From: an uncultured Aquificales bacterium
GTDB taxonomy: Bacteria; Thermosulfidibacterota; Thermosulfidibacteria; Thermosulfidibacterales; B14-G1
NCBI GenBank assembly: GCA_964493535.1
Contig: CAZBOO010000002.1
Coordinates: 1 to 33,719, forward strand
Direction: 5' to 3'
Length of the DNA: 33,719 nt
The translations under genes and the position numbers were made by a program. Each line of letters opens with the position of its first letter. Position 1 is the stretch's first letter. Below, piece after piece: positions 18,738-27,445 of this stretch. The notes beneath the pieces were generated by a model. The model saw nothing but the letters and a program-made list of their open reading frames with translations, searched no databases and was not told the origin of the DNA.

Positions 18738-18976
18738 CACGCCCTCCTTTCTGGCCCGGAGATAAAACCCGCATAGGAAATTCTTTACTCTCCACGGAGG
18801 GAGAAAGGCGCAAGGTTGCCAGGGAGGCCTTCGATGACCTCTTCGGAAACGACCTGGAGGCCATAAGAAAAGAGAGCCAGGAAAAGCTGGACAAGGCCCG
18901 GCGTATCGCCCATATCTTCCGCTTTATATGTCCCAGCTACTACATCCCGGGCAAACAGGACTGGGAGGCATTTTAA
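18689..18976 (+). other. 95-codon open frame with coding-like composition but no ATG/GTG/TTG, in the -1 frame relative to ORF 18429..18737
   Basis: The frame opens after TGA at 18686-18688 and closes with TAA at 18974-18976. It translates to ...REAFDDLFGNDLEAIRKESQEKLDKARRIAHIFRFICPSYYIPGKQDWEAF. Third codon positions are G/C-rich, as in neighbouring genes. Confidence 0.3.
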
Positions 18977-18991
18977 ATTCTGCGGCTAACC

Positions 18992-19020
18992 TTGACACCT
19001 CCAGGAGCCGGTGTTATCTA
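18992..19020 (+). promoter_or_regulatory. Sigma70-like promoter for the tRNA-Val/tRNA-Asp pair
   Basis: TTGACA (18992-18997), a 17-nt spacer ending in TGT (extended -10), then TATCTA (19015-19020). This places the transcription start about 5 nt before the tRNA. Confidence 0.45.
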
Positions 19021-19031
19021 TTTCCCCGCGA

Positions 19032-19106
19032 AGGCGGATAGCTCAGTGGGAGAGCACCGGCCTTACAAGCCGGGGGTCGCAGGTTCGAACCCTGTTCCGC
19101 CTACCA
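19032..19106 (+). tRNA. tRNA-Val (anticodon TAC)
   Basis: Hand-folded cloverleaf. Acceptor AGGCGGA/TCCGCCT, D-arm GCTC-AGTGGGA-GAGC, anticodon arm CCGGC-CTTACAA-GCCGG, T-arm GCAGG-TTCGAAC-CCTGT, discriminator A. CCA is encoded. Confidence 0.95.
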
Positions 19107-19116
19107 AAACCCAAGC

Positions 19117-19194
19117 GGGGTCGTAGCTCAGCCCGGTTAGAGCGCCGGCCTGTCACGTCGGAGGGCGTGGGTTCAAGTCCCATCGGCCCCGCCA
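19117..19194 (+). tRNA. tRNA-Asp (anticodon GTC)
   Basis: Acceptor GGGGTCG/CGGCCCC (one G-U pair), anticodon arm CCGGC-CTGTCAC-GTCGG, T-arm GTGGG-TTCAAGT-CCCAT, discriminator G. CCA is encoded. Confidence 0.95.
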
Positions 19195-19231
19195 TTGAGG
19201 TTTTAGAAGCCTAAGGCAGGTAATCTGATTT

Positions 19232-20101
19232 ATGATAGACTACATCTTTCTATCCTGCGCCAAGATTAATCTCTATCTCCAGGTGCTCTACAAAAGACCC
19301 GACGGCTACCATGAGATAGAAACGATCTTCTACAGGGTGCCTCTAAAGGACCAGCTCCGGATATCTGCCAGACCTGGAAAAGGATTGACTATCCTATGTC
19401 GCCACCCCAAGGTACCCCTTGACTCCTCCAACACCATTGCTAAGGCTTACCGGCTCCTGTGCCGTCACTTAGGGGAAAAACCGGGAATCAAGGTAGAGGT
19501 GCAAAAGAAGGTACCCATAAGAGGTGGTCTGGGAGGAGGCTCAGCCAATGCAGCCGCCTTTCTGCTGGCCATTGATGAGTTTCTAAAGTTAAGGCTCCCC
19601 CGAAAAACCCTTCTGGACATTGGGAAAGAGGTAGGAGCCGATGTCCCCTTTTTTCTCCTGAATGAGCCGGCAGCCCTGGCCAGGGGAGTGGGACAAGACC
19701 TAACACCCCTGAAGGCCGGCTTAAGAGGGATCCTCCTTTTGGTTATTCCCCCCTTTGGGGTCTCCACTGCTTGGGCCTATTCCCACCTCTCCTTCCCCTT
19801 GACACCTCCCAGCACCGATATTAATATTCTGGCGCCTTTTGTGGAAAGGGGGGAGATAAGAGAGCTTGCATCCAGGGCCTTCAACCACTTGGAGGGCCCT
19901 GTTTTTAGCCATTATCCTCCCTTAGAAAGCGTGAAGATGGGCTTACAGGAGAGGGGAGCGGCCATGGCCCTATTGAGTGGGAGTGGTTCTACCCTATTTG
20001 GCATCTTTGATGACATGGAAAAGGCCCAGGAAGGGGCCCTTTGGATTTCTAAAATGGGATGGAAAACCATTCAGGTCTTTTTGAAAGGGAATGGGGTGTA
20101 G
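19232..20101 (+). CDS. ispE: 4-diphosphocytidyl-2-C-methyl-D-erythritol kinase
   Basis: AKINLYLQVLYKRPDGYHEIETIF... and the GHMP kinase motif PIRGGLGGGSANAAA. The ispE-prs-ctc-pth neighbourhood is conserved. Confidence 0.93.
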   Translation: MIDYIFLSCAKINLYLQVLYKRPDGYHEIETIFYRVPLKDQLRISARPGKGLTILCRHPKVPLDSSNTIAKAYRLLCRHLGEKPGIKVEVQKKVPIRGGLGGGSANAAAFLLAIDEFLKLRLPRKTLLDIGKEVGADVPFFLLNEPAALARGVGQDLTPLKAGLRGILLLVIPPFGVSTAWAYSHLSFPLTPPSTDINILAPFVERGEIRELASRAFNHLEGPVFSHYPPLESVKMGLQERGAAMALLSGSGSTLFGIFDDMEKAQEGALWISKMGWKTIQVFLKGNGV

Positions 20102-20166
20102 CCAAGAGGTAAGGCAGCGGACTTTGGATCCGCCATTCGGAGGTTCGAATCCTCCCACCCCAACCA
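20092..20166 (+). tRNA. tRNA-Gln (anticodon TTG)
   Basis: Acceptor TGGGGTG/CACCCCA (U1-A72, as in bacterial tRNA-Gln), D-arm GCCAAGAGGTAAGGC, anticodon arm GCGGA-CTTTGGA-TCCGC, T-arm GGAGG-TTCGAAT-CCTCC. CCA is encoded. The 5' 10 nt overlap the end of ispE. Confidence 0.93.
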
Positions 20167-20258
20167 ACAGCTATGGATAGCCCTTTACCGGCAAGAGGAG
20201 GGCAAAGGGAAACTGCCCGGGTTAAGCTCCATGGTATCCCGGGGAAAGGGGAAAAAGG

Positions 20259-21191
20259 ATGCCCTGGACTATGAAGATCTTTTCCGGCAACGCCAATCCC
20301 CGATTGGCCCAGGAGGTGTGCGATTGCCTGGGAATACCCATAGGCAAAGCCAAGATAAACCGCTTCAGCGACGGGGAAGTTAATGTCCAGATATTGGAAA
20401 GTGTAAGGGGAAGCGACGTCTTCCTTATCCAGCCTACCAACCCCCCTGTGGACGAAAACCTTATGGAGCTTTTGGTGATGATAGACGCCTTAAGAAGGGC
20501 CTCTGCAGGGCGCATAACGGCAGTCATGCCTTATTACGGCTATGCCCGTCAGGACAGGAAGGTGCAGCCCCGGGTGCCCATCACCGCTAAACTGATAGCC
20601 GATCTCCTGACAGCAGCAGGGTCCGACAGGGTGCTCACCATGGACCTTCACTCTGGGCAAATCCAAGGGTTCTTCAATATACCCGTGGATAACCTCCTGG
20701 CCATGCCCATTTTTCTGGACTACATGGAGTCCCAAGGGATAGAAGGCCTGGTAGTAGTATCCCCTGATGCGGGAGGGGTGGAGAGAGCCAGGGCCTTTGC
20801 CAAAAGGTTCCACCTCCCCTTGGCCATCATAGACAAGAGGAGGGTAGCAGATAACGTGGCTGAGGTGATGCATGTAATAGGTGATGTTGATGGGAAGAGA
20901 GCCTTCATCTTGGATGACATGATAGATACGGGAGGAACCCTGGTGAGGTCGGTGGAAGCCCTTCTGGAAGAGGGAGCAGTGGAATGCCTGGCTGCGGCTA
21001 CCCATCCTGTTTTCTCAGGGCCAGCCCGGGACAGGATAGAGTCCTCGGCTTTGAAAGAGGTGGTAGTCACCAACACCATTCCCTTGAGGGCAACTTTTTC
21101 CAAGGTAAGGGTCTTATCCGTGGCTCCACTCATTGCCGAAGCCATAAAACGGATCCACTTAGGCGAATCTGTCAGCTCCCTATTTATATGA
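20259..21191 (+). CDS. prs: Ribose-phosphate pyrophosphokinase (PRPP synthetase)
   Basis: [16 protein letters not shown]..., [10 protein letters not shown] and the PRPP-binding loop [12 protein letters not shown]. The start is either ATG 20259 or ATG 20271 (MKIFSGN). I cannot decide between them from sequence alone. Confidence 0.95.
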   Translation: MPWTMKIFSGNANPRLAQEVCDCLGIPIGKAKINRFSDGEVNVQILESVRGSDVFLIQPTNPPVDENLMELLVMIDALRRASAGRITAVMPYYGYARQDRKVQPRVPITAKLIADLLTAAGSDRVLTMDLHSGQIQGFFNIPVDNLLAMPIFLDYMESQGIEGLVVVSPDAGGVERARAFAKRFHLPLAIIDKRRVADNVAEVMHVIGDVDGKRAFILDDMIDTGGTLVRSVEALLEEGAVECLAAATHPVFSGPARDRIESSALKEVVVTNTIPLRATFSKVRVLSVAPLIAEAIKRIHLGESVSSLFI

Positions 21192-21209
21192 AGGAGGTGA
21201 AAGGGGATT

Positions 21210-21833
21210 ATGAAGGAAACCGTAATTTTTAAAGGAACCGGAAGGGAGGCCACAGGCAAAGGCGTGGCCCGTAAACTTAGGAGCAGGGGATACCTGCCAG
21301 GAGTAGTATATGGACCCGATTTGCCCGCCACCCCTTTTTCCTTGGAGGCCAAAGGCTCTACCATGAGCACCCTCAAAGGAGAATGGAGCGAGGCCAAGCT
21401 CTACGACCTGTTGCTGGAAGATAAAACCCTCAAGGTCATCATCAAGGACGTGCAGACGGACCCCGTGAATTTAGATGTGCTCCATATAGATTTCTACGCC
21501 GTCACTTTTGGAAAGCTCATGACCCTCATGATCCCTTTGAAATTCCAGGGCGAGCCCATAGGGGTCAAAAGGGGAGGGGTGATAGAATACTTGGTGGATG
21601 AGATCGAAGTGGAATGCCTCCCCCAAAACATTCCCGAAGAGCTGTACGTGGATACCTCCGAATTAGATATAGGGGACACCCTCTTTATCAGGGATATATC
21701 CCTCCCTGAAGGGGTGGCCTTGAAAGGCGATCCCTCCCAGCCTGTGGCCACGGTGATGACCACCGCCGCAGAGAAGGCAGAAGAGACAGAGGAGGCTGAA
21801 GAGGAGGAACTGGAGGAGAGGGAAGAAGACTGA
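21210..21833 (+). CDS. rplY: 50S ribosomal protein L25 / general stress protein Ctc (long form with acidic tail)
   Basis: GTGREATGKGVARKLRSRGYLPGVVYG at the N-terminus, a second beta-domain and the C-terminal tail AEKAEETEEAEEEELEEREED. Confidence 0.92.
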   Translation: MKETVIFKGTGREATGKGVARKLRSRGYLPGVVYGPDLPATPFSLEAKGSTMSTLKGEWSEAKLYDLLLEDKTLKVIIKDVQTDPVNLDVLHIDFYAVTFGKLMTLMIPLKFQGEPIGVKRGGVIEYLVDEIEVECLPQNIPEELYVDTSELDIGDTLFIRDISLPEGVALKGDPSQPVATVMTTAAEKAEETEEAEEEELEEREED

Positions 21834-21843
21834 GGGCCCACGA

Positions 21844-22407
21844 ATGGTGAAGCTGGTGGTGGGGCTGGGCAACCCTGGACCGGAGTATCTCTTCACAAGG
21901 CACAATGTGGGTTTTATGGTTGTAGATCTCCTGGCCCAGCAGTGGGGGATAAAGCTGAAAAAGCGAGGTTTTAGCTCCCTCTATGCCTCGGCCTCCCAGG
22001 GAGTTTATTTGGTGAAACCTCAAACGTATATGAATGAGTCAGGCGAAGCGGTCAGGAAATGGATCTCCCAAGGCTTCCTGCCCCAGGAGATGCTGGTGAT
22101 CCATGACGATATAGATCTGCCCCTGGGAACGGTCAAGATCAAAGCCTGGGGAGGTACAGGGGGCCACAAGGGTCTTCAATCCATCGTCCAGGAGACAGGC
22201 ACAGAAGAATTTCCCAGGGTAAGAATTGGGGTAGGACGGCCTGCAGGAAGGGAACACGACCACCAGGCTATTATAGACTTCCTCCTGTTCCCCTTTGAAC
22301 CCCACGAAGAAGAGGCCTTACTAAAGGCTCTACGCCTGGCAGCCCAAGGAGTGGAAACGGTCTTGAGAAAAGGGTTGGATGACGCTATGAATCTTATCAA
22401 CAAGTAA
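21844..22407 (+). CDS. pth: Peptidyl-tRNA hydrolase
   Basis: KLVVGLGNPGPEYLFTRHNVGF..., MNESG and GGHKGLQSI are canonical Pth motifs. Confidence 0.95.
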   Translation: MVKLVVGLGNPGPEYLFTRHNVGFMVVDLLAQQWGIKLKKRGFSSLYASASQGVYLVKPQTYMNESGEAVRKWISQGFLPQEMLVIHDDIDLPLGTVKIKAWGGTGGHKGLQSIVQETGTEEFPRVRIGVGRPAGREHDHQAIIDFLLFPFEPHEEEALLKALRLAAQGVETVLRKGLDDAMNLINK

Positions 22408-22497
22408 AGATGATGGGTCGAGAGGAGGTGATAGTGAAAGTGAGTTCATAGAAGGTGATGGTGTAGGGTTATGAAAAATTTTTAGCGGAGGTGTAAG

Positions 22498-24486
22498 ATG
22501 ATTCAGTACGTGGTATTTGCCCCCCTGCTGGGGATAGTAGGGCTTGTCATGGCAGGGTTGCTCTATCTCTATATAATCAAGCAACCCGTGGGTACAGAGC
22601 TTATGAAGGAAATCGCAGATATGATTCACGAGGGGGCCATGACCTTCCTGAAGAGGGAATACAAGATCGTGGCCATCATCGTATTAATTGTAGGCATCCT
22701 TCTGGCCATCTTTATCAGTTTCTGGACAGGCGTTGCCTTTCTCTTTGGCGCTTTATGCTCCTCTGCGGCAGGTTTCTTTGGCATGAACGCCACCACTATG
22801 GGCAATGTTCGCACCGCTGCAGCTGCCAACGACTACGGACAGGATAAGGCCCTGGTGGTCTCTTTTTTCAGCGGAGCAGTTATGGGTCTATCTGTAGCCA
22901 GTTTAGGCCTGTTTGGACTGGGAGTTCTCTTCCTTCTCTTTGCCCAGCACGACCCCCATATCCTTACAGGGTTTGCCATGGGTGCTTCCTTCATGGCGCT
23001 CTTTGCCAGGGTGGGTGGAGGCATTTACACCAAATCCGCCGACGTGGGAGCAGACCTGGTGGGGAAAGTCGAAGCAGGTATACCGGAAGATGACCCCAGA
23101 AACCCCGGTGTCATCGCGGACAACGTGGGGGACTGCGTAGGTGACGTAGCCGGCATGGGTGCCGACCTCTTTGAGTCTTATGTGGAGTCGGTGGTGGCCT
23201 GCATTGCCATTGCTTCCACCATGGGATTATCTGCTCAGATAACCTATCACTGGATGGTTTATCCTCTCCTTGTGATCATGGTGGGACTCATCGCCTCCAT
23301 GATAGCCGTCTTCTCTATGGTGGTCTTCAAGAACATGAATCCACAGGCGGCTTTGAGATACGCCACTTTTGTGGCGGCTATCGTCCTTTTAGTGGTCGCA
23401 TATCCCATTACCAAATCACTGGGTCTACCCGTGGGAGTATTCTGGGCCCTGGTCATAGGTACCTTGGTAGGCATCGCCATCGGTCTCATCACCGAGTACT
23501 ACACCTCGGCCAAACCCATTGTCACCATTGCCGAGGCATCCCAGACAGGAGCAGCCACCAACATCATCACAGGCTTTGCCGTGGGCATGGAGAGCGTGGC
23601 TCTTCCACTCTTTCTTATAGCCCTGGGCGTGTTTCTTGCTTTTAAGGCAGCGGGCATGTACGGTATCGCCCTGACCGCAGTGGGTATGCTGGGCACCATC
23701 GGAGTGACCATGAGCGTGGATGCCTATGGCCCTGGGGCGGACAATGCCGGGGGTATCTCTGAGATGGCCGGTCTGGGACCCGAAACCCGCAGGATCACAG
23801 ACAGCCTGGATGCCTTGGGCAACACCACGGCAGCCATTGGAAAGGGATTCGCCATTGGCTCTGCCGCCATGACTGCCCTGGCCCTCTTTTCAGCCTACGG
23901 TGCGACGGTGGGTTTGAAAATTATTGATGTCACCAAGGCCGAGGTGGTAGCCGGCCTTTTTATCGGTGGACTTATCCCCTTCTTATTGGGCTCCATGACC
24001 ATGAGGGCAGTGGGCAAGACCGCCTTTGCCATGGTCCAAGAGATACGGCGCCAGTTTAAAGAGATCCCTGGTCTTTTGGAAGGCAAGGCCAAACCCGATC
24101 CTGCCCGGTGTGTGGACATCGCCACCGTCAACTCCCTGAAGGAGATGGTGCTGCCCGGCGTAATAGCCGTCATAGCCCCTCCCATAGTGGGTTTCACCCT
24201 TGGGCCTGAGGCCTTGGGCGGGATGCTTGCAGGCGCCACCCTCTCCGGTGTGCTGCTCGGTATTATGATGGCCAATGCCGGTGGGGCCTGGGACAACGCT
24301 AAGAAGTATATTGAGGAAGGACATTTAGGAGGTAAGGGCTCCGAGACTCACAAGGCAGCCGTGGTGGGCGACACCGTGGGCGATCCCTTCAAGGATACTA
24401 CTGGACCCTCCATGAACATCCTCATCAAGCTCATGTCCATCGTCTCTCTCACATTGGCGCCTCTCTTTGCCAAAGTGATAAAGTAG
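22498..24486 (+). CDS. hppA: Membrane-integral ion-translocating pyrophosphatase, K+-dependent signature
   Basis: 662 aa and polytopic. [70 protein letters not shown] and [22 protein letters not shown] upstream. Confidence 0.95.
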   Translation: MIQYVVFAPLLGIVGLVMAGLLYLYIIKQPVGTELMKEIADMIHEGAMTFLKREYKIVAIIVLIVGILLAIFISFWTGVAFLFGALCSSAAGFFGMNATTMGNVRTAAAANDYGQDKALVVSFFSGAVMGLSVASLGLFGLGVLFLLFAQHDPHILTGFAMGASFMALFARVGGGIYTKSADVGADLVGKVEAGIPEDDPRNPGVIADNVGDCVGDVAGMGADLFESYVESVVACIAIASTMGLSAQITYHWMVYPLLVIMVGLIASMIAVFSMVVFKNMNPQAALRYATFVAAIVLLVVAYPITKSLGLPVGVFWALVIGTLVGIAIGLITEYYTSAKPIVTIAEASQTGAATNIITGFAVGMESVALPLFLIALGVFLAFKAAGMYGIALTAVGMLGTIGVTMSVDAYGPGADNAGGISEMAGLGPETRRITDSLDALGNTTAAIGKGFAIGSAAMTALALFSAYGATVGLKIIDVTKAEVVAGLFIGGLIPFLLGSMTMRAVGKTAFAMVQEIRRQFKEIPGLLEGKAKPDPARCVDIATVNSLKEMVLPGVIAVIAPPIVGFTLGPEALGGMLAGATLSGVLLGIMMANAGGAWDNAKKYIEEGHLGGKGSETHKAAVVGDTVGDPFKDTTGPSMNILIKLMSIVSLTLAPLFAKVIK

Positions 24487-24490
24487 ATCA

Positions 24491-24529
24491 CTAAGAACCG
24501 GGGCCTTTTTGAAAGGCCCCGGTTCTTAG
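24491..24529. terminator. Long perfect hairpin (17-18 bp stem) between convergent hppA and thpR; likely a bidirectional transcript-end structure
   Basis: CTAAGAACCGGGGCCTT-tttga-AAGGCCCCGGTTCTTAG. There is no clear U-tract on either side, so efficiency as an intrinsic terminator is uncertain. Confidence 0.6.
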
Positions 24530-24544
24530 CCAACCATAAAAACC

Positions 24545-25111
24545 TCACGGCGAAAAGGAGGCCTCTTTCACCTTGCGGTATCGGGCCCCCTGGGGGGAAA
24601 GAATACTCTTAAACAAGACCACTGAGGCAGCTTCCATTGCCCCCCATCCCGCCTTTTCCCTCTTTCGGCAGGCCTGATACACCCTCCTCCTCACCTCTTC
24701 CTTGGGGAACTTGAAACGGGCCACGGTGAGATGGGGCTTGAAGGCCTTCTCTTCCAGAGGAAACCCCATAGAAGCAAGCCCTCTCTCCAATCGCTCTTGC
24801 AGGCGAGACAAAGGATCCTTTCCTTCCACCACTCCCACCCATAACACCCGGGGACGGGCAGTATGGGGAAAGGCGCCCAGCCCTTCCAGAGACACGGTAA
24901 AAGGGTGAAAACCCTTGGCTACCTCTTCCATGAGTCTCTCTATATCCCCTACCTGTTCATCCTGGATGTTTCCTAAGAAACGAAGGGTGAGATGGATATT
25001 ACTTGGGGGCACCCAGCGACCCTGGATACCTTCCTTTTGAAGGTCTTTCACCAGCCGGGCCAGGGCCTCCTTTATCTCAGGAGAAAGCTCTATGGCAATA
25101 AAGGCCCTCAT
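24545..25111 (-). CDS. thpR: RNA 2',3'-cyclic phosphodiesterase (2H phosphoesterase, LigT/ThpR)
   Basis: 188 aa with the two H-x-T-x motifs (IHLTLRFLG and PHLTVARF). It overlaps the cinA stop by 4 nt. Confidence 0.85.
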   Translation of the reverse strand: MRAFIAIELSPEIKEALARLVKDLQKEGIQGRWVPPSNIHLTLRFLGNIQDEQVGDIERLMEEVAKGFHPFTVSLEGLGAFPHTARPRVLWVGVVEGKDPLSRLQERLERGLASMGFPLEEKAFKPHLTVARFKFPKEEVRRRVYQACRKREKAGWGAMEAASVVLFKSILSPQGARYRKVKEASFSP

Positions 25112-26340
25112 AGGCCTTCCCCTGTTCCCACAAGATACCTCCTTACCCTGTCTAAGGCGGTTTTCACCGCCATGGTCTTGACACCCAGCCTGTCAGTGAG
25201 AAAGCGGTACTCATTCACCTCCGCTCCCTGGGGAAAGTGGCAGCCTATATAGACCAGGCCCACAGGTCTTTCTGGGTCCCCTCCCATAGGCCCGGCAATA
25301 CCCGTCACCGAGATGCCCAGATCCGTACCTGTGCGTTCCACTAACCCTTTTACCATATAATGGGCCGTCTCTTTACTCACGGCAGTATACCGATCCAGCA
25401 CCTCCCTGGGTACCCCTAAGAATCTGTGCTTCATGTCGTCGGTGTAGGTGACAAAGCTGGCCATGAAGTAGTCCGAACTACCGGGCACATTAGTGATAGT
25501 ATGGGCCAGCATGCCCCCCGTGCAGGACTCCGCCGTGGATATGGTGAGTCCCCTTTCCCTCAGGAGCTTTCCTACTACGCCCTCCAAGGTCTCCTCTCCA
25601 TCACCGTAGAGATAGTCACCCAGAAACCCCTGCACCTGCCGGGCAAGATCCTCTACCAAAGGAGTAGGGCCTACAATCCTCACATGAATCTCACCATACT
25701 CCCTGACCATAAGGCCCAATCGGTTGGGGTGGGCCCTGATAAGATCCTTTAGCATATAGTTTACCTCTGACTCTTTAAGCCCAAAACTTCTGAGAAGGAT
25801 GCTTTGGAGCCCTTCCACCTGGGGGAAATGCTCCCTTATAAAGGGAACTATCTCCTTCGCCATGAGGGGCTTCAGTTCCCTGGGGATACCTGGAAGGGCC
25901 ACTATCCATACCCTACCCCTGGAAAGGGCAAATCCCCAGGCCGTACCCTTTCGGTTGGGAAAGAGGATAGCCCCTTTCGGAAAGTAAGCCTGCCTCTTGT
26001 GATCCTCTCTGGGTATGCTTTTCCTCGCCTCCAGTCTCTCCTGAATCCACTGCCAAGCCCCTTGGTGGAACCCCAATGGGGCTCCACAGAAACGGGCCAA
26101 GGCCTCCCTGGTCACATCATCCTCCGTGGGGCCCAGTCCCCCTGAAAGTAAAACCAGGGAAGCCTCAGAACAGGCCGAATCAAGGGCCCGGATGATATTC
26201 TCCATCTCATCCCCCACCACCATGTTCACCACGGGAGCGAAACCCAGATCCACCAAAATCCCATCGCAGTATGAACTGTTGGTATCCTGAATGAGGCCTT
26301 GTAGAAGCTCGCCTCCAGTGGCTATCACTGCACCCTTCAT
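25108..26340 (-). CDS. cinA: CinA family protein: N-terminal MoCF-binding / ADP-ribose pyrophosphatase-like domain plus C-terminal NMN deamidase (PncC) domain
   Basis: MKGAVIATGGELLQGLIQDTNSSY... at the N-terminus. The C-terminal region carries TAESCTGGMLAHTITNVPGSSDYF and VTGIAGPMGG. Confidence 0.92.
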   Translation of the reverse strand: MKGAVIATGGELLQGLIQDTNSSYCDGILVDLGFAPVVNMVVGDEMENIIRALDSACSEASLVLLSGGLGPTEDDVTREALARFCGAPLGFHQGAWQWIQERLEARKSIPREDHKRQAYFPKGAILFPNRKGTAWGFALSRGRVWIVALPGIPRELKPLMAKEIVPFIREHFPQVEGLQSILLRSFGLKESEVNYMLKDLIRAHPNRLGLMVREYGEIHVRIVGPTPLVEDLARQVQGFLGDYLYGDGEETLEGVVGKLLRERGLTISTAESCTGGMLAHTITNVPGSSDYFMASFVTYTDDMKHRFLGVPREVLDRYTAVSKETAHYMVKGLVERTGTDLGISVTGIAGPMGGDPERPVGLVYIGCHFPQGAEVNEYRFLTDRLGVKTMAVKTALDRVRRYLVGTGEGL

Positions 26341-26349
26341 CTCTTCCCC

Positions 26350-26883
26350 CTACCAATGTAAAGGATCAGACTCCCCCCTGATGATAAACCTTAAACGCTC
26401 CACTCCGCCTATCTCCTTGATAACCCCGGCCACAGCAGGAGGTACCAGGGATTCCCAGTCCTCTCCTCCCAGCATCCTCTCTCTGATCACAGTGGCAGAG
26501 TAAAGATCTCTCTTGATCATCTTTAAAGGTCTCACCTCTATACCTGCCTCTTTCAAAAGTATATGGGGAAGGGCGTTTCCTGTAAAAGCCACCTGAAAAG
26601 GGGGAAGGAGGGACTTCAAATGGGCAGCCCAGGCGGCATTGTTCTCTATGTTGGGATAGGCAGTGATATAGATTCTCCCCATATCCAGTCTTTCCTCTAC
26701 CAAGGCCTCATGGATCATCCATATCCTCTCACCCGCCGTGAAGGGGCTTTTTTCTAAGTAGTTGAAGGTGGCAGAGCCCACGGCTACGATGAGACGGGAA
26801 AACTCTCCCAGAATCTCCCTCACCACCTGGAGATGTCCTAAGTGAAAGGGCTGGAATCTCCCCATGAGCAAGGCCCTGGGCAT
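26350..26883 (-). CDS. nadM: Nicotinamide-nucleotide adenylyltransferase, archaeal NadM type (cytidylyltransferase superfamily)
   Basis: 177 aa. [18 protein letters not shown] carries the (H/T)xGH motif. The size and the C-terminal block [10 protein letters not shown] resemble archaeal NMNAT. Substrate (NMN versus NaMN) is not determinable from sequence. Confidence 0.78.
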   Translation of the reverse strand: MPRALLMGRFQPFHLGHLQVVREILGEFSRLIVAVGSATFNYLEKSPFTAGERIWMIHEALVEERLDMGRIYITAYPNIENNAAWAAHLKSLLPPFQVAFTGNALPHILLKEAGIEVRPLKMIKRDLYSATVIRERMLGGEDWESLVPPAVAGVIKEIGGVERLRFIIRGESDPLHW

Positions 26884-26884
26884 A

Positions 26885-27445
26885 TCACCAATCCGCCGGT
26901 TTGACCAATATTTCCCTCACCTTCATCTGGAAAAACCTGTTGGATGGCTGTGGATAAATCACTACGGCGGTATCCGCCCCCTGCCGGCTGCCGGCCACGG
27001 CTATGATATCCTGGATGGGTACCAATCCTGCATCGGCCACCATAGCCGCCATCTCTGCACAGACCTTCATGCCCTGCCCTAATATCCTTAGGGTGTTGGC
27101 TACCAGTTCCTGCTGGGAGTAGCCCAGTTGATCCCTGATAGCCGCGCCCAGGCTTCTGAGGACCATGGTGCCGGTATAAACCGTCAGGCCTTCTTCCTCT
27201 ATGCTCTGGCGCACTTCGGGGCTCATCTCCTGGACCCCCGGTTCCTTGAACCCTGTGTTGTGGGTCACTACGATTACCCTTATCCCCGTATTCTTGAATA
27301 TCCGAGCTGCTGCCTGTGCCGTTTCACCTTGCGTGGAGGCCACCACTACATGCCCGATTCCCAGCTCTATGGCAGCGTCTTTGGCGATTCTGAGCGTCTC
27401 TTCAGTATGTTGGGGGCCCCCCATGGGAAGGATCACCTGTTTCAT
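26885..27445 (-). CDS. Pyruvate-kinase C-terminal (alpha/beta, PK_C)-like domain protein, function unknown
   Basis: [19 protein letters not shown]...[17 protein letters not shown] resembles stand-alone PK_C-domain proteins. ATG at 27445 lies 6 nt after GGAGGTG, and the track start at 27454 is GTG. It overlaps the 3' end of the GGDEF gene by 44 nt. Confidence 0.62.
   Translation of the reverse strand: MKQVILPMGGPQHTEETLRIAKDAAIELGIGHVVVASTQGETAQAAARIFKNTGIRVIVVTHNTGFKEPGVQEMSPEVRQSIEEEGLTVYTGTMVLRSLGAAIRDQLGYSQQELVANTLRILGQGMKVCAEMAAMVADAGLVPIQDIIAVAGSRQGADTAVVIYPQPSNRFFQMKVREILVKPADW

Noticed and set aside
18709-18894. A 61-aa minus-strand ORF in the region downstream of the orphan gene.
   Set aside because: It is antisense to the better-looking start-less plus-strand frame, S/L/F-rich, lacks an RBS and runs into the convergent 3' end of ORF 18429..18737.
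19011-19214. A 67-aa ORF on the plus strand.
   Set aside because: It is composed almost entirely of the tRNA-Val and tRNA-Asp genes read as codons.
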